DNA of 64,000 bases, taken from Lama guanicoe. Its lineage: Eukaryota. The notes beneath the pieces are model-generated. The model was not told the origin of the DNA and did no database searches. It saw only the letters and a list, made by a program, of their open reading frames with translations. Positions 38,801-53,400 of this stretch are shown piece by piece; position 1 is the stretch's first letter; each line of letters opens with the position of its first letter. The DNA is taken from positions 11,917,175 through 11,981,174 of the forward strand of contig MU056000.1 of NCBI GenBank assembly GCA_013239625.1, given 5' to 3'. Position numbers and translations under genes: made by a program.

Positions 38801-41402
38801 TATTTAAAAACTCCTTGATACTTAAATGTATGGTCATGTTTTTTACTTAATGAATAACATTCTTACATGAGTATATTTCACTTCACATCCTATAGTCAAA
38901 ATACAAATATTACTGAAGTTTTTGCTTCAGTTTATTTCTTTTGTCTTCCAGCTTTATTGCGATGTAGTTGACAAACAGCACTACGTAAGTTTAAGGTGGA
39001 TGGCGTAATGATCTGACGTACACACAGCATGGACATGAGGAGCACAACAAGTCTGGTGACCATCCGTCATTTCACACAGATACAACATTAAAGAAACAGA
39101 AAAATACATATTTCTCCCTGGGATGAGCACTCTGAGGATTTACTCTCTTAACAACTTTCACATATAACATAGAGCAGCGTTCATTGTATTTATCATATTG
39201 TGCATTACGTCCCTAGCACTTGTTTAGTTTATAACTAAAAGCTTATACCTTTTGACTGCCTTCATCCAATTCCCCATCCGCCACCTCTGGTAACCACAAA
39301 TCTGGTCTGTTTTTCTATGAGTTTCCTGGTTTGCTTATTTGTTTGTTTTTGAAGCATAATTCACCTACAACACTATGTTAGTTCCTGGTACACAATATAG
39401 TTATTTGACATTTCCATACATTTTTAAATGATCGCCGTGATTGAGTCTAGTGTGTGATCATCCGTCACATACAAAGACATCACACAGTCACTGACTTTCC
39501 CCCCACACTGGGTAGCCAGCACCGGTGATGCTTCAGTTACTTTACTTGTGAAGCAAGGGGCTCTGTCCTTGCCCCTCTGCCCTGTGCTCCGGTGGGTGTG
39601 GGGTGGGACCTGTGCATGCTCTGGGAATGGGCAGCCAGCCCAGCTCCGGGGGGACAGCCCCTCTGCCACGCAATTTGTGCCTCAAGGCTCCGCCCTCCTC
39701 GCTTAGGACCTCAGACCAGCTGTCCCCTGTGGGGCAGCCCTGTCCCAGTGGAACCAAACCCGAATTCCTGGGGCTGGGCGGGGCTGCTCCACAGGACCCT
39801 TGGGTCATGACAATGAGGGACAGTGGACCAACCTAATCCATAGCCAAGAAGAATAATTTCTTCTGGCTAGAGCCATGAAAAACAGTGTTTTGAATACACG
39901 GTACTTTGAATACATAGGTGCTGGGACCTTGTTCTAATCCTACCTCTGGGATTCATGTCTCAGAAGTGACACCACATTTGTAAACATATTTTACTACTCA
40001 AGTAAGTGAATGTCCTAAAATTAGAAAAGAGCCTAGTCTAATACTAAATTACTTAAAATTACCTAAATTATGCTATAGAGACAATGTTATAGCAAAGTGC
40101 TTAATACATATTACAGCGAAGTAACTAAACTTTCTGTTTTATATTTACGGATCTTACCCATCTTCATGGTGGATTTCAAGTGGACATAAAGACACTTCGG
40201 TATCCATCCATCACCTTATTCATGGATTCAATAAAAAGTTACCAAGTTCCCTTCATGTCTTACATTATACTTGGTGTGCTATATTGTCATTTTAAACCAA
40301 CAAAAACTGAATACCCGCAGCACTGTTCTCTGTGTCTATAGACGCCACTTGTTAGTGGGAAGAGGGAACGTAGGAATATTCACCCTGTGGATGTCTTCCA
40401 TAGCCATAAGACACTCCATAGTAAATTTCTACCATTTGGAAGAAGCCTCATGTGACAGTACTTTGGGACAATAAATTCCATTATTACTTACATTTATATT
40501 AACAAAATAGTCTTAAATGAGTCCAATGATTTCTGAATTACTGTTACAATCACAAACAGAAATAAGAAATTCCTGTGTAAATCATGCAAATATTATCTAA
40601 TCAAATGGGTTTTGGAAAGAGTAGTAAATGTTTAGTAAACTAAAACTAAAAGAACTACTAAAATAAATGTATAGATCGTCCTGAATAAAACTTAATGGAA
40701 ATATGTATGGTTTAAGAAGAAAATCTGGATTCAAGGGCAAAGAAGAGATGTCAATCTACACTTCTTTAAATGAAACACGGACCTAGAAGGGTCATTTTCT
40801 GTGTTTCATAATAGTTTTAAATTGCCCAGTAATTAATATTGATTGTCTATTTCTGTTGTCTTCCATTATATATAGTCTACCATTAACTTATGTCACCATG
40901 GTTCAGTAATATAGGTACAGAAGGTATTTGAATAATGTAGTTATATAATTGAGAATGGAATGAGAAAACTGACATCAACTTTTCAAATTCCTGTACTGTA
41001 GATGAGGAACATGACACACGTTTTCTCAGTTAGCTTGAGGCCAAGACTCCTGATTTCCAGTACAGTCCTCGTCCCTTTGAAACATGTTTCCTCTCCAGAG
41101 GAAGAGTAAATTCAATGACATCCTTGGAAGAGACCACATATTGCAGTTTAGAACAAGAAGGAACACATGATGTTCCTCCTCACTCCTTTCTTAGAGTCAA
41201 GAAGAATGAAGTGTGGTCGACCAAGACCAGCATGGCATCATTTGGGACCCACCCTTCCCAGAAAAAAAGAAAAAAGAAAAAGAAAGAGCACTTCCTGTGC
41301 AGCATCCAAATAGTCATCAGAAAGGAAGATGAATGGTTGGTTGACGATTAATACAGGGGACATCCGTGCACATGCATGCGTGCGTGCATACACATACACA
41401 CA

Positions 41403-41452
<50 letters not shown>

Positions 41453-44400
41453 CTCTGAGTTGCTCCATGGTGAGACTCTAGGTTTTCCTAAAGAGTCTTG
41501 TCTGGAAAACACACAACCAGAGATAGAATCTCCTGTGAATACTGGACGATGCTGGGGAAACAGATCTTTTACATGGTGTGTGGCTGTCTTCCCACCACCC
41601 TTGGCACTGGTCAACGTGCAATGCAAGGTCCAACCAACAGAAAAGGAGGCTGAAAATCAGTGAGAACCTGTACCAAGTTCTTCACCGAAAAGTGTAGGTC
41701 CTCCACGATTGAAGCTCATCCAAGGGAGAAAATGAGCTTCCAATGGCTTTAGTATTACTACTTCCAGGGCTCTGTTCTTGAACTCCATAGTTTCAGAGAG
41801 AACATGCATATTCCAGATTCAAAGGAAAGTATGGTTCTTTTGGGAAGTAAGCTTCTTTCTTTCCTTCCTTCCTCCTACCCTCACTTCCTTCATTCCTTCC
41901 AGCTAGTTTTCTCTCCCCACCTGCCCTCCTTCCTGAAGCACACTCTGGCCACGGAATAAGGACCACTGAAGAGTCCCTGCCTCATGGCTATCAGCCCCAC
42001 CTTCCCAGACTCTTGGAGGATCCAGTTCCCACGGTTCCCAGTGAGAAGCCACACCTCCCAGCCGTCCCAGGGCCACGCCGTCCTCCACACAGGCTAGGCC
42101 CAAGGGTCCGCAGCTGTGCAGAGCTTTCCAGAAAAGCCACCAAACTGAGGCCCCGGCAGCCCATTTAGTTACATTCTCCGTCTTAAGAGAAACTAAAGGA
42201 CAGATTTTTAAACAGAGGATATTCTGCATGGTCAAGATAAGAGGTCATTTACTAAAGAACCAATTTCTGGTTCCACCCTGTCTGAGAAGCTCTAAGGGAA
42301 TAAGAATTAAAAAGATGACTCTTCAGACAAGTGGCCTCACTTTATCACAGAAGGGAGCTCTGGCTTCCTGGCAGAATCAGACGCTGACATCCCTTCTTTC
42401 TGCCCCCATGTCCCCATAAGGATACAATTAGGCATATATATTAGATGTTCCGGCCGAAGTGATCTCTTTAGGCAGTTCTCACACGGAAAGTGTGTAAACC
42501 GCAAGGCACTGTTTAAACAGCAGCCTCGTGGCCTCACAACAGAAATTCTGCTGGTGCAGGCCTGGGGTGACCTCAGAAATCTTCCTTTTGCGTAAGGGTC
42601 CCAGGTGATCCTGAGGCAGCTGTTTCTTACCCTGAGTTACAACTAGAAGCACCCAGTGAGAAAGTGACACAGAATTCCTGTTTCAAACATAGAGAGGAGC
42701 GGGGAACTGGCTTCAGGCAAGATAGCAGAGCAGGGACCCAGCTTGCCCTCCCATTTGAAACAACTAAAAAGAAAAAAGATAGGAAAAAACAGATAAAATA
42801 TCTGTACATTGATTTTCTAGAGCCAGGGCATTATGGTAAGGACAGTGAGCCATGGGGGGCACCTTGAGTTTCAGGCCACGGAGCAGAGAGGAGCCTGACA
42901 GGTGGGTCCTGGTGACCACCTGAGTTGAGCAGACAGAAGCGAGAGGCAAAGAGGCTGGAGGTGTCAGGACAGAGAGGGCAGAGAGAACACGGACCACCTG
43001 CGGGGTGCCCTGGAGTCTCCAGCTGCAGGTGACTGGTGCGTGCGGGTGAGGAACACAGAGGCCAGGAACAAGGCATCAGAAAGGAAGTCAGGGATGAGCT
43101 CTGCTCCCATGGCTGGGAATGATGCCCGGTCCCACCTACTAGACGGGAAAACCTCAGCATTCACATGTCGGGTAGAACACTCAGAAGAATCTTGCCTCAG
43201 TAGCTGAGAATAATGATTCCTAGACTAAACACTGCCATGGTCCTAACAACTGAAGAGCAAGGTTCAAAAGGATCGAACGGATTTTACGCAATTTAACTGT
43301 GTCATACGTAGGAATAACAAGTGGTGAGTTTTATTATGAAGCAAATAACCCCCATGGTCAAAGTGGGATCTAACGATTTTATTTCGTTTCCTCTCATACC
43401 TCTTTTTCACATTACGGTGTACCATTTTCTTTAAAAGATCTAAACAAAAACATCGTTATTTAAAGCCAAGTCTGTCTTTGCGCAGTTTAAGGGCTGCACC
43501 CTCGGACCTCGAATGCACTTTGATTTCGAGATGCAGCGCCCAGGCCTCTCCGTTAGGGGGTTCTGTGAGACTGAGAAATGTGACACGAGAGCTCTAAAAA
43601 TAGAGTGTAATTCTGTAGGAGAGAACACGTGCTAGCAGCCCGCTTCATCTCTTTCACCCCAAGAGCCTGTGAGCACAACAGAAAGTACTGCTGAGACAAA
43701 TGAGTCCTGGCAGAGAACAAATGATGTCCCTCAGTATCACTCCCTTCCGTTCATTCCAATCCACAGGCACTGAGTGTGGTGGTACCTGTCACCAGTCCTG
43801 GCCGGGAGATTTCAAGACGACTAAAGGCACCGCTGAAAAATGAGTGGACGTGTACATGTGACCCCAAAATGATTTCTCTCTCGCTCTCATTATATATGAC
43901 ACTTCTTTGTCAAGTGACATTTAATTGAATCTAGGGCTGTTGGGGAGAAAAATATTCAAGAACTAAGCTGGGGATTGGACAACAAATAGGCTTCACTTAT
44001 TCCAAAAGTTTCCTGACCTGGAAATCGGTATTTCGTGTGGAATTCCTTCTGGCACCACTTGGGTCCTAACTCCTGACTTCTCCATGGGGGTCCCTAGGTC
44101 CGGGAGCACTGTCTGCAGACACTACCCTCACATGACCCACGAGCATCTGGGAACCCCGAGAAGAACAGGTCTGGCGCCTGTGAAGTTGGCCAGAATGTGG
44201 AGCTCCATGAATCTCCATCCTTCATATGGGACAGAGGACTTCAGTCCCTTTTCTGATTCAGCTAGGCAATTCAGTCCACTGGAGAGTATTTTCAGATACT
44301 GCTGTTCCCTCTCAAACACACACACACAAACACACCTTTCTGGCCACTTTTTAGATTTCCCATATTCTTAAGAACTCACATTGCAATGATCATTCCTGAA

Positions 44401-47400
44401 GATCTTTAGGACTGTCAAACTACCTCCGGAGAAAATACATCATTTCATGCTATTTGAGACTTGACTTTTAGTCCACAGGAATTGGAAATTGAAGCCAAAC
44501 AATATTTTACAGAAAGTTAACAATGTCAACATCCCATAGGGACAGACCTTTTAAAAAGGGGATCTGTAATCACCTAACTTGTCACCTCGCAACCGGGACA
44601 GACAGCTGCTTCAGCCATCGCACCTATAAATACGCTTTGGCGGGGAGCCCGCACAGCCCCGTCATTCTCGGCTGGTGACTAACGGTCTCGTGTTCTCTGT
44701 TGCTGGTGAACATCTGTTGATGTTAACTCCTGACGAATTTTTCTTAGAAAGGTCAATCAGTCTCCAGTTACAGATCTGGACGTTTCTTAGCACGATGTGT
44801 TAGAATTGTTTTTAATCCTGCGGGTAACGTGACGTGTTCTTCTGAGTGCGTGCGTGTTTGCGTGCCAGTGTCTGCAGGCAGAGAGACAACCTAAAAACAG
44901 GGATGTGTTTCCCTGCACAAACACTCAGATTTAGAACCATGACAAAGCAAATAGGACATGTCAACTGGAGGATTAGATAAGCAAACAGGAGATTAAGAAA
45001 TTTCATAGCACTCAATTTGAAGTCTTCACTTTCGCAGACCACTGTACCACGTGGACAACTTAACTTCTCCCCGGGGCCAGGGGACCAGGAGGCAACATCT
45101 GAGTGTCAGCTCCTTCTGCCCTGAGAGGTGTCTGCGGCCCGGGGAAGGTGTGCAGAGGTTGATGCCCTCCCTCCGGGCAACTTAATATTTTATTTGGAGT
45201 GCTTTCTCTTTTTTTTTATACACCAAGTTTCAAATGAATTGGCGATCAGTCACTTTGTGAAATGTCCCTTTCTCCCTCTCTTTTCAGCCTCGGCATGGCA
45301 CGTCCTTGGAGCAGAGATCATCCCCACTGAGATGACCTGGAAACCTGGCACTCAACCGCCCCTCCGGTTATTTCTTCTATTATTCTAGTTTCTATGAACA
45401 GATGCCAGTAGACGTTATTTTCCAGCCTTTTCAACTTTGTTAACGTCTCCACAAGTAGATTTTCATAAGCCCAGGGCATGAACAATTTAAATTCCATTAC
45501 TAGCTCCAAACAGGCACCTCCTGGAAACCTGCAGGGGATTAAACACCTTTTCATTTGTGGAAGCAGGGGTTTATTTCAGTCACTAGCCCTGAGGGAAGAA
45601 AAGGTTTCTCCTTTATCCCTGAAGGTCAGGTAATATCTGAGAATCAGGAAACATTCTTCAAGGAAAATAAGAAATTGTTATCATGACGTAAGTTGGCTAA
45701 TTTGGATATACGCCTTTCTTTGCATTCTGCCTGGGATCCACAATTTCCAAGCAAGTAGGATCCAGGATTTACTGTAATTGGAGTCAAAAGGAAGTGTCTC
45801 CTTCCTGCTTTTTTTACCCTGACCTAGCTAGATGAAACTTAAGCTTCTGAAACAATATGTGTTTCTTACAGTGCAAAATTCTTCATTAACAATATAGTTT
45901 CTCATTTCGGTTTTTTAGAGACCTTACTCATTGTACTGGGCCAGAGTAGGTATACACAACCCAGACAGATGAAATGATGATCAAGCTCCTCCAAAGTGCT
46001 TTTTTCAGGAAGGCCAATTAAAATTCATTTTGCTGGGAGAATCTGTTGTCAGTGTTTGTGATAAAGGGGGTACCCTGGACTATGGCAAACCTGGAGTCAG
46101 TGACTATCAGTCATTGGGATATTTATTTAAAATGCTACACTGTTCAGTCATGGGCTGCAGTCCCACCTTAGCCCCTTTAAATAGCGCATCTCCCCTTTAT
46201 CTTCCTTTATAAGCCAGTGAATGATGTTGGTGGCTCTTAAAGGAACATACCCTTGCCAAGAGGATCACTGTTATCAGTCATAAAAAAAGAGAATTGCATT
46301 ACAATGTCTGAACACCTGTTATATTGGCCATTGGCCTCCCTCAAAAGCAGATTTTAATAATAAACTACTGTGTGTATATTGTATGTTTTAATGGTAAATT
46401 AGTGCAACACCATACTTCACAACAGCATGCCCGGAAATGGGTATGTATTTGGGGGTGGAGGTGGGGAACAAACTGGAAAGGAATAGTGAGGGAGAAGGGA
46501 GACATGGCTGTGGGCACATGTCACCGAGGAGGTGTCTGTGGCCCAGGGAGGGTGTGCAGTGAGTTGATGTTATGAAGTGAGGACAAATATCAAAAGAAGT
46601 CATTATTTCTCCTAGTGACAGTCTCTTTAGGAAAACAAAATTATAAAAACTAATTAATAGAGCCTGTCAGATTTAGAGAGAGAGTTTACAGAGGAATGCA
46701 TTTCCCCTCCTTTCTCATATGCACAAAAGAGCATTAAGATTTGGCGGATAAAGAACCACAATAATCATCACTGTGTGTTGCACACATGGAGACGGAAGGG
46801 ATTCCTGAAATCACTTTTATTTAACGTAACATCTAACATTTCATTTCCATTCACATTAGGAATTTGCTCAGAAAGACTTACTCTTAAAAATTAGTATCCC
46901 TTGTGACATGTAGTTCAGTGCAAAGAAGTGAGATGTGATGGGTCTAGGCTAAACCTTATTACGCCAGTGGGTCAGTTGCCCGCCATCTCCTCCGTCCCCC
47001 TTCGTTTTTACCTGTTGCAAGTACTCCACTGTCTGCCTCTAGAGTTCAAGTCCCTGTCAGTGGTGTCCGGGAGAAGCCAACAGCTGCCACATGTGCTTTG
47101 TGTGTGGGTGAACGGTGAAGCCAGCATACTGGAGACCATCTGCTTGCCCAATATTCTAGCCATTTCCAGGAAGTCTCCTTCACTCAATCAGGTATCACAG
47201 GAAAGGGGGCTGTGTGTCCACACCTCCCACGGCTGCCTCGGGCACAACGCTATATCCAAACCCCTTACTCCTCTCACTCTAGGTCATTGTTTACTAGATT
47301 GGCTAGTTGGTAAAATTTTAAACGCCTTCTTGTTTTATACACATACAGAGTTTATTAGTATTCCATGTTTTGCTTGTACTCTATTTTAGGGGAGCAAAAC

Positions 47401-50400
47401 TTGCCATCCCCTAATTGTCTCTTTGGCATGGGATTATTTTGAGCTAAAATCAATCAAGGCCCAGAAAACTCAAGAAGAAACTTTGACCTTCCCCTCAACA
47501 GCCTAAAAGAATTTAGATAGAGGGTCTGTTCCAGGTATAGAGCCATCACCAGAGAAATCTGCAAAGAACACGGGCTAAGTGTGGTGGGGGAGACTCAGCA
47601 GGCCTAGAGATGAATCCACTCTGTGTCCTGTTGTTTCCTCCCGGCTCAGCAAATATTTATTTACCAAACATTTGCTTTTCTATCTCCATGTCAATGGCCT
47701 TCCTTGCCTTTGAAGTCTCAAACCACTGCCTTCAACATCCTCTTCTGTCTTTAGCTGAAGATGGTAGTTAAGGTGAGGATTTTGGCCATTCTGGTGAGTC
47801 ACTCAGTTCTCATGGGTCTCTCCCAGGTATACATATTAATAAACTTTGGTTTGATTTTCTCCTGTTCATCTGTCTCACACCAATTTAATTCTTAGACCAG
47901 CCAGAAGAACCTAGAAGGGTAGAGGAAAATTTCTTCCTCCTGGGCAGTATAATTTAGTTACATGAAATAGACTTTATAAGACCCTATAGAAAGATGAGCT
48001 AGCTCTTTGATCAACCTCAATCATTTACTTTCCCTCTGTGAGAACCATCCAGAACCACAAGGACAAAACTACTGTGACATGGCATTTAATTGGGCCTGGA
48101 CATTCCAAGAGTTGTCCCCATCCAGATAAGTAAGTCAACTAAGTGGTGCTAAACATTTTACCTTGAGCTCCTTGGGAGATCATCATCCTAGGTGAGAGCC
48201 ATAAAGGTAAGGAGTCTTCAGGGAACTGATCACAGCCAAAACGGAACCAATGGGGGCCAGATGGTCAAAGAAACCACTTATAATTAAACAACACAATGAC
48301 TATTTTAAACAAAGATGCACTGAAAGACAGAGATATCTTTTCATCATTGTCTTGAAAGATATTCTATTTTTACATTGTATTTTGATCAGAACTGAATTTT
48401 TTATACACATTCTTCTCTTTTTTTTTCCTAACTCAATTTACCATAATGTATTTTCAAGAAATGGAAAAATGGCTCATCAAAATGTTGAGTTCTAGAAAAG
48501 GTAATTGTTTTTAAAGACAGATATAAGCCTTTGCTTCTCTTCTCATAAACAAAGGCTTATACCTTCTAATCTATGTAATCGTTAACAGAACTGTCCAGTA
48601 CCAATGTGGTTTGAGTAATCCCTGTACACACTGTAGCCAACAGACACCCCAGACGCTAAGCATGTGACTAGAGGTCTTCAAAGTTAAGTTCACTTTGAAT
48701 ATATAGCCAGAGAGGCCAGGAGTGAATCAACACTGTGAATTCTGTTATGAATCAACTCTTTGGAATCATTAAGCAAATCAAATTAATGTTCTTTTAACAA
48801 ATTATGCTAAAGAGTGCAGGGATATAATAATGCACAGATCAGTGGCATCGTGACCACAGAAGTCACTGGGAGGCTATGTGGAGGTCTGACTAGTCCACAG
48901 GAGGAATTCAGGTTTCTCGAGTCTATAAAATTAAGGAGCTGAATCAGTTCAGATATTAACTGTTTTTGCTAATGGCTCCCTTCTAAATATCTCAGGTATT
49001 CAGAGGGTCCATGGGCCCTGGGTTGAGTACAATGATAGCTCTTGCTCAAGGATTTTATACTCCATTCACATGTTTGCTTGAAACGCTGAATTTGGCAAAA
49101 CTCTAACGATACCCTCTACTTTTATGAAATAAACATTTATTTTCTCCTATGAAGAAGAGATTCAGAAAGGGACACTAACTTGAGAGACGAACACTTAAAG
49201 CTGGCAACATCCCCTAACACATCCCTGGTGATGCTGATGGGAAACAGAACCGCAGACAGCAGCTCTCAGTGACACTTCACGTCCTGATGTCAAAGTGTCA
49301 GCTCTCGGGACCGGAGAGGTTCCCAACAAACGGGCCTCCCATTAAGCTGAGAAGGCCCAGGCTACTTCCATTTTCTGAGGCTGTGAGGCTCTTAAAGATG
49401 TAATATATCAATGCTTGTGGTCCTGTAATGGAGGAACTGAAAGCCATATGAGGAATTTCATCTTTCCTTTCCATCCGATTGCTGATTTCCGGCCCTGGGG
49501 ACCACAAGGCCAGTGCAGACGCCCATCTGGCCTGTCCTCTGTGGGCTCAGTCAGCTGGATCCGCGCTGGTGGCCTCGACACTGCAACCTTCATGATTTGT
49601 TACCTTTCTTCGCTAAGGCACTAAAACATACAAGTAGGGATTCTGTGCTTGGTCAAAGCAGGGACCTACGATTTCACTGGAAACATGGACTGGGAGATCA
49701 CAGAGATCAGGGTTAGGGTGTAAAAGCAAATTTACTGGAAACAGTGGGTGCTCCTAACTGTCAGGCCCTAAGTACCTGGGAGGAATTAAACCTTCCTTTC
49801 TCAGATTTTTCATATGGGGTTTAAAAGAGCTATCATAGCCTACTTTATCTATTGCAAACAGTGATCACTTTAAGCTGCTCTTTCAGAATTAGATAACTTT
49901 TCTATTCCCTTATCTGGGCTGGTATAGATTATTAATTCTAAACCATATTAATAAGAAGTCAGTATGAAGATTCTTAGCCTCACGGTATAACTTGAATGTT
50001 GTTGACTGGAGACTAACAAACCAAGCAGTACACTCTTGGGGCAGTCAACTCAATCCAAAAAAATTAACTTACATATACATGTTGTGGGAGTTACAAAACT
50101 GCCAACTGAGTTAGGACTTGGAAGAAAGATTAGTGTTCTTGCATAAAACACACCCCCATGAATTAGCCATGATTTCTAATTGTATTTATTTAAAGAGGTG
50201 CAAGAATTTAACGACAAGTTGAACCACCCACATAAAGGATCATTCTAAATGTTTACACCTTTTCCCTACCAAACTTTCTAGTTGTTTGGCCACTTTTTCA
50301 AAAAAGTGGCCCTTATTCATTCTAATACATTCAACTTAGTTTTCATAGAGGTAAACAGCTCTGTGTATTAAGATAAAAGTTTGCCTACTGTATCAAATGT

Positions 50401-53400
50401 TAAAGTGACAGGGGTTTAAGAAAGAGAGCACTTCTTTTCTCCCTCTTGCACCCAGCAGAGCATTGTGGTCCAGCGCTGTTATGGGATCTCTGTAATGTTG
50501 TAAACCCAGGCTCTTTCCATCTTGCTGCTCAGATGCTCTCAATATCACACTTCCATCCCACGGTCCACTGCAGCCAGCAGGGAGGGGAAAAGGGGAGCAG
50601 TGGACACTTCCTCTCCCTTTGAAGTCATGGCCTGCAATCTGCGTGCAGAGCTTCCACCCACCTCCCACTGGCCAGAACGCAGTCACATGGCTGTGTCTGA
50701 TGCAAGAGAGTCTAGGAAATGTAATTCAATTGCTGGTGGCCATCGTCCAGCTGAAACTTGAGATTCTATCACCAAAGGAAGAGAAGTCGGATATTTGGGA
50801 ACAACCAGGAGAATCTCCCACAGCAATACTCCTTTTGATCTCTTATTTCATCAGGTTACAGAATTTACAGTTAAAATTACGCAATTACAATAGCACCAAC
50901 AGCAGGCATTAAGATATTTGAGAATAAACACACTGACTCAGTAAGCACACAGCTCAGATGGTGGAAGCAGTCATACACCACAGCAGGCAGACAACCGTGG
51001 TCTGCAAAGGGCCAGGCAGCAGGTATTCTCAGCTCTGTTGGCCACTCAGTCCGTCCACTCAGCTCTACCACTACAGCACGAAGGCTGCCGCTGACCGACA
51101 TGCAAATGGGAGAGCACGAGCGTTCCAATAAAATCTGAGTTACAAGAGCGGGCTGTGGGGTGGATTTGGCCTCTGGGCTGCACCAGCTTGCTAGGTTCTG
51201 GGTGCCACGGGCTTCACGCGGCTCTACTGTAGTGATGGGCATCAGTGATTAGCCCAGCCAGCTGCCCGGGAACCACTCAGAGAGCTTCTAGTCTAAGGAC
51301 CCCTCCCACTTACTGTGCATGTTCCAAGTGCTAGCAACTACATCAGGAACTTTATACTAATTCCTCTCATCCTCAAACACTCTGGCAAGGTAGGTAAAAA
51401 GCCCCCACATTCCAGATGAGAAAGCAGACACAGCCAAGAAGTCGCAGCACCAGGACAGGAACCCAGGACTTTCCAGACCCAACCCAGCAGCTTCCCAAGC
51501 CCGTGATTAGAAAAACAATCCTTTTGCCAACAACATATGAAATAAAAGCACTCAATTTCTTGTCGTAGTACTGGGGAAACTGTTGTTTGCCGGATGTGAC
51601 TTGTCAAGTATTTCAATGAGAAAGACTTCCTCTGACCTTAAAACAGTCCTTGCCCTAGAAGTTTATCCAGGTTTCAGCAAAAGGCATCTAACCTTCAGAT
51701 TTTCCCTGGGTAAAGCTGCTAAGGTCTCAAGCTTCAGAGCACTGGTAACTGTTGGAGGGGGAAGTCAAGGTGCCATCAGTATCCCTGCAGACTTGGAGGG
51801 TCTTTCAAAGTTTATCTAAATTAACGAAGTCTATTTCACAACCCCTCCATCTCCCCCGCCCCCAACTCCTCACCCGGGTGCAGTGGGCCCCACTCACATG
51901 ACAGCTCCACCTCCCTAAGCACGGCAGACGACGCTAACTCATCACAACACTCTTTCCAGAACCTTCCTGACGAGGTCTCACAATCCAGTCAAAGTTCCAA
52001 GCACCATTTCCAGTTTACCGGAGTTGGCACGGAAAAAATGAAGTCATTTACCATCAAACCCTCAGCACCCTCAACGCTTACCACACGGAACAGACCGCCT
52101 CCCCCTTTCCCCTCCGCGGTGCCCGAAAAAGGGATTATCAGTTACTTCCCTTAGTGTCGCTGCCAAGGTTTGTCCTGTCTTAGTTTACTGGGCCAATCTC
52201 TTCTTGTTTCCGCAAGCAGGTCATTAATTCTAGGTTTATAATCTCCTTTTGTGTGTGTTCCTTTTATAACAAAATCTACACTTCTAAATCTTGCTTCATA
52301 CAAACAAATATGCTTCTAAGTACTACCAAATGGGGAAACTATGACTATTTAGAATCTGTGTTCGCTTTAATCACTTTGGAAGGAAAGTTATCCACCACTT
52401 CTGCTGCACGCTACTCCAGAAACACGCAGTTAATTTCTTAAAGAAGGGAGCCATGTTTAAACAGACTCAGGCCACCTAATCAGTGAGTCCTGACAGAATG
52501 CTCTGAGGAGAAGACACCAGTAATTTCCAAAAATACACAAGCACAATTGTAAGCCCCTCATCTTATCCAAAGATGGAGTCTGTCAGTGTCGTTTCTATGG
52601 GCTTAATGTGAAGATGCACCACGGACAGATGGGTTTGCTTTCCTTCCAAAACTCAAGTGCTTCCTGAAATGCCACTGTGAGATGTCACTTCCTGAGTCAC
52701 AGAATCACAGTGGTACGCAGCTGCCTGTTCCGTTTACAGCTGGCAAGGAGGCCACAGTGCAGTGGCAATTACAGCGGGACACTCCTTAAGCCCCACAAGC
52801 GGGTATCTGCCCGGTCTGGAGCCCTGGTCTCCACCCTGGGCACACAGCAACCCGCCACAAGTCACAGGCACCCGGGAGAGGAGGCATCCGGGGGTCGGGC
52901 CTCTCCCACTCCTCTTCCCACGTCAGGCCCTCACGACTGCAGCCCCCGTCTTCCGCGGTGAGGACTCTGCCGTCTGGCGATCCCTCCTCAGACACCACGG
53001 AGGCCACAGAGCGACATCTTCAACAGCCCTCGGTGGCGTTTACCCACTGGGTGTCAATCACATCCGGGGCAAGCCGATCCTCTGAAAATGAGGCTGGGAA
53101 TGGGAGTGCAGAGCCAGGAGGAGGTGTGATCCGGCCTGAAAGACTCACAGGAGCCTCCTTCGAAGGGTAACAGACTGTCCTGAGCTCACCTGACCTGTGT
53201 GTGTCCCCCAGCAACAGCCAGGACACCCCCTGCCCCACTGTTCCCGGACGTCCGCACCAGGACACTTTGTGCCCTAGATGGACTGCCTTGCGTTGCTACA
53301 TCCAGGTTTGCCCCTTGTCTCTGCCAATTTGGGATCAACAGGTGGCACGTACCATGAGTGAGAGAAGGCACTTCCTGGTGGGAAGGTATCAGGGGAGCAC

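Noticed and set aside
41238..41663. ORFs with CVCVCV / HTHTHT repeats
   Set aside because: Translation of a (CA)n microsatellite.
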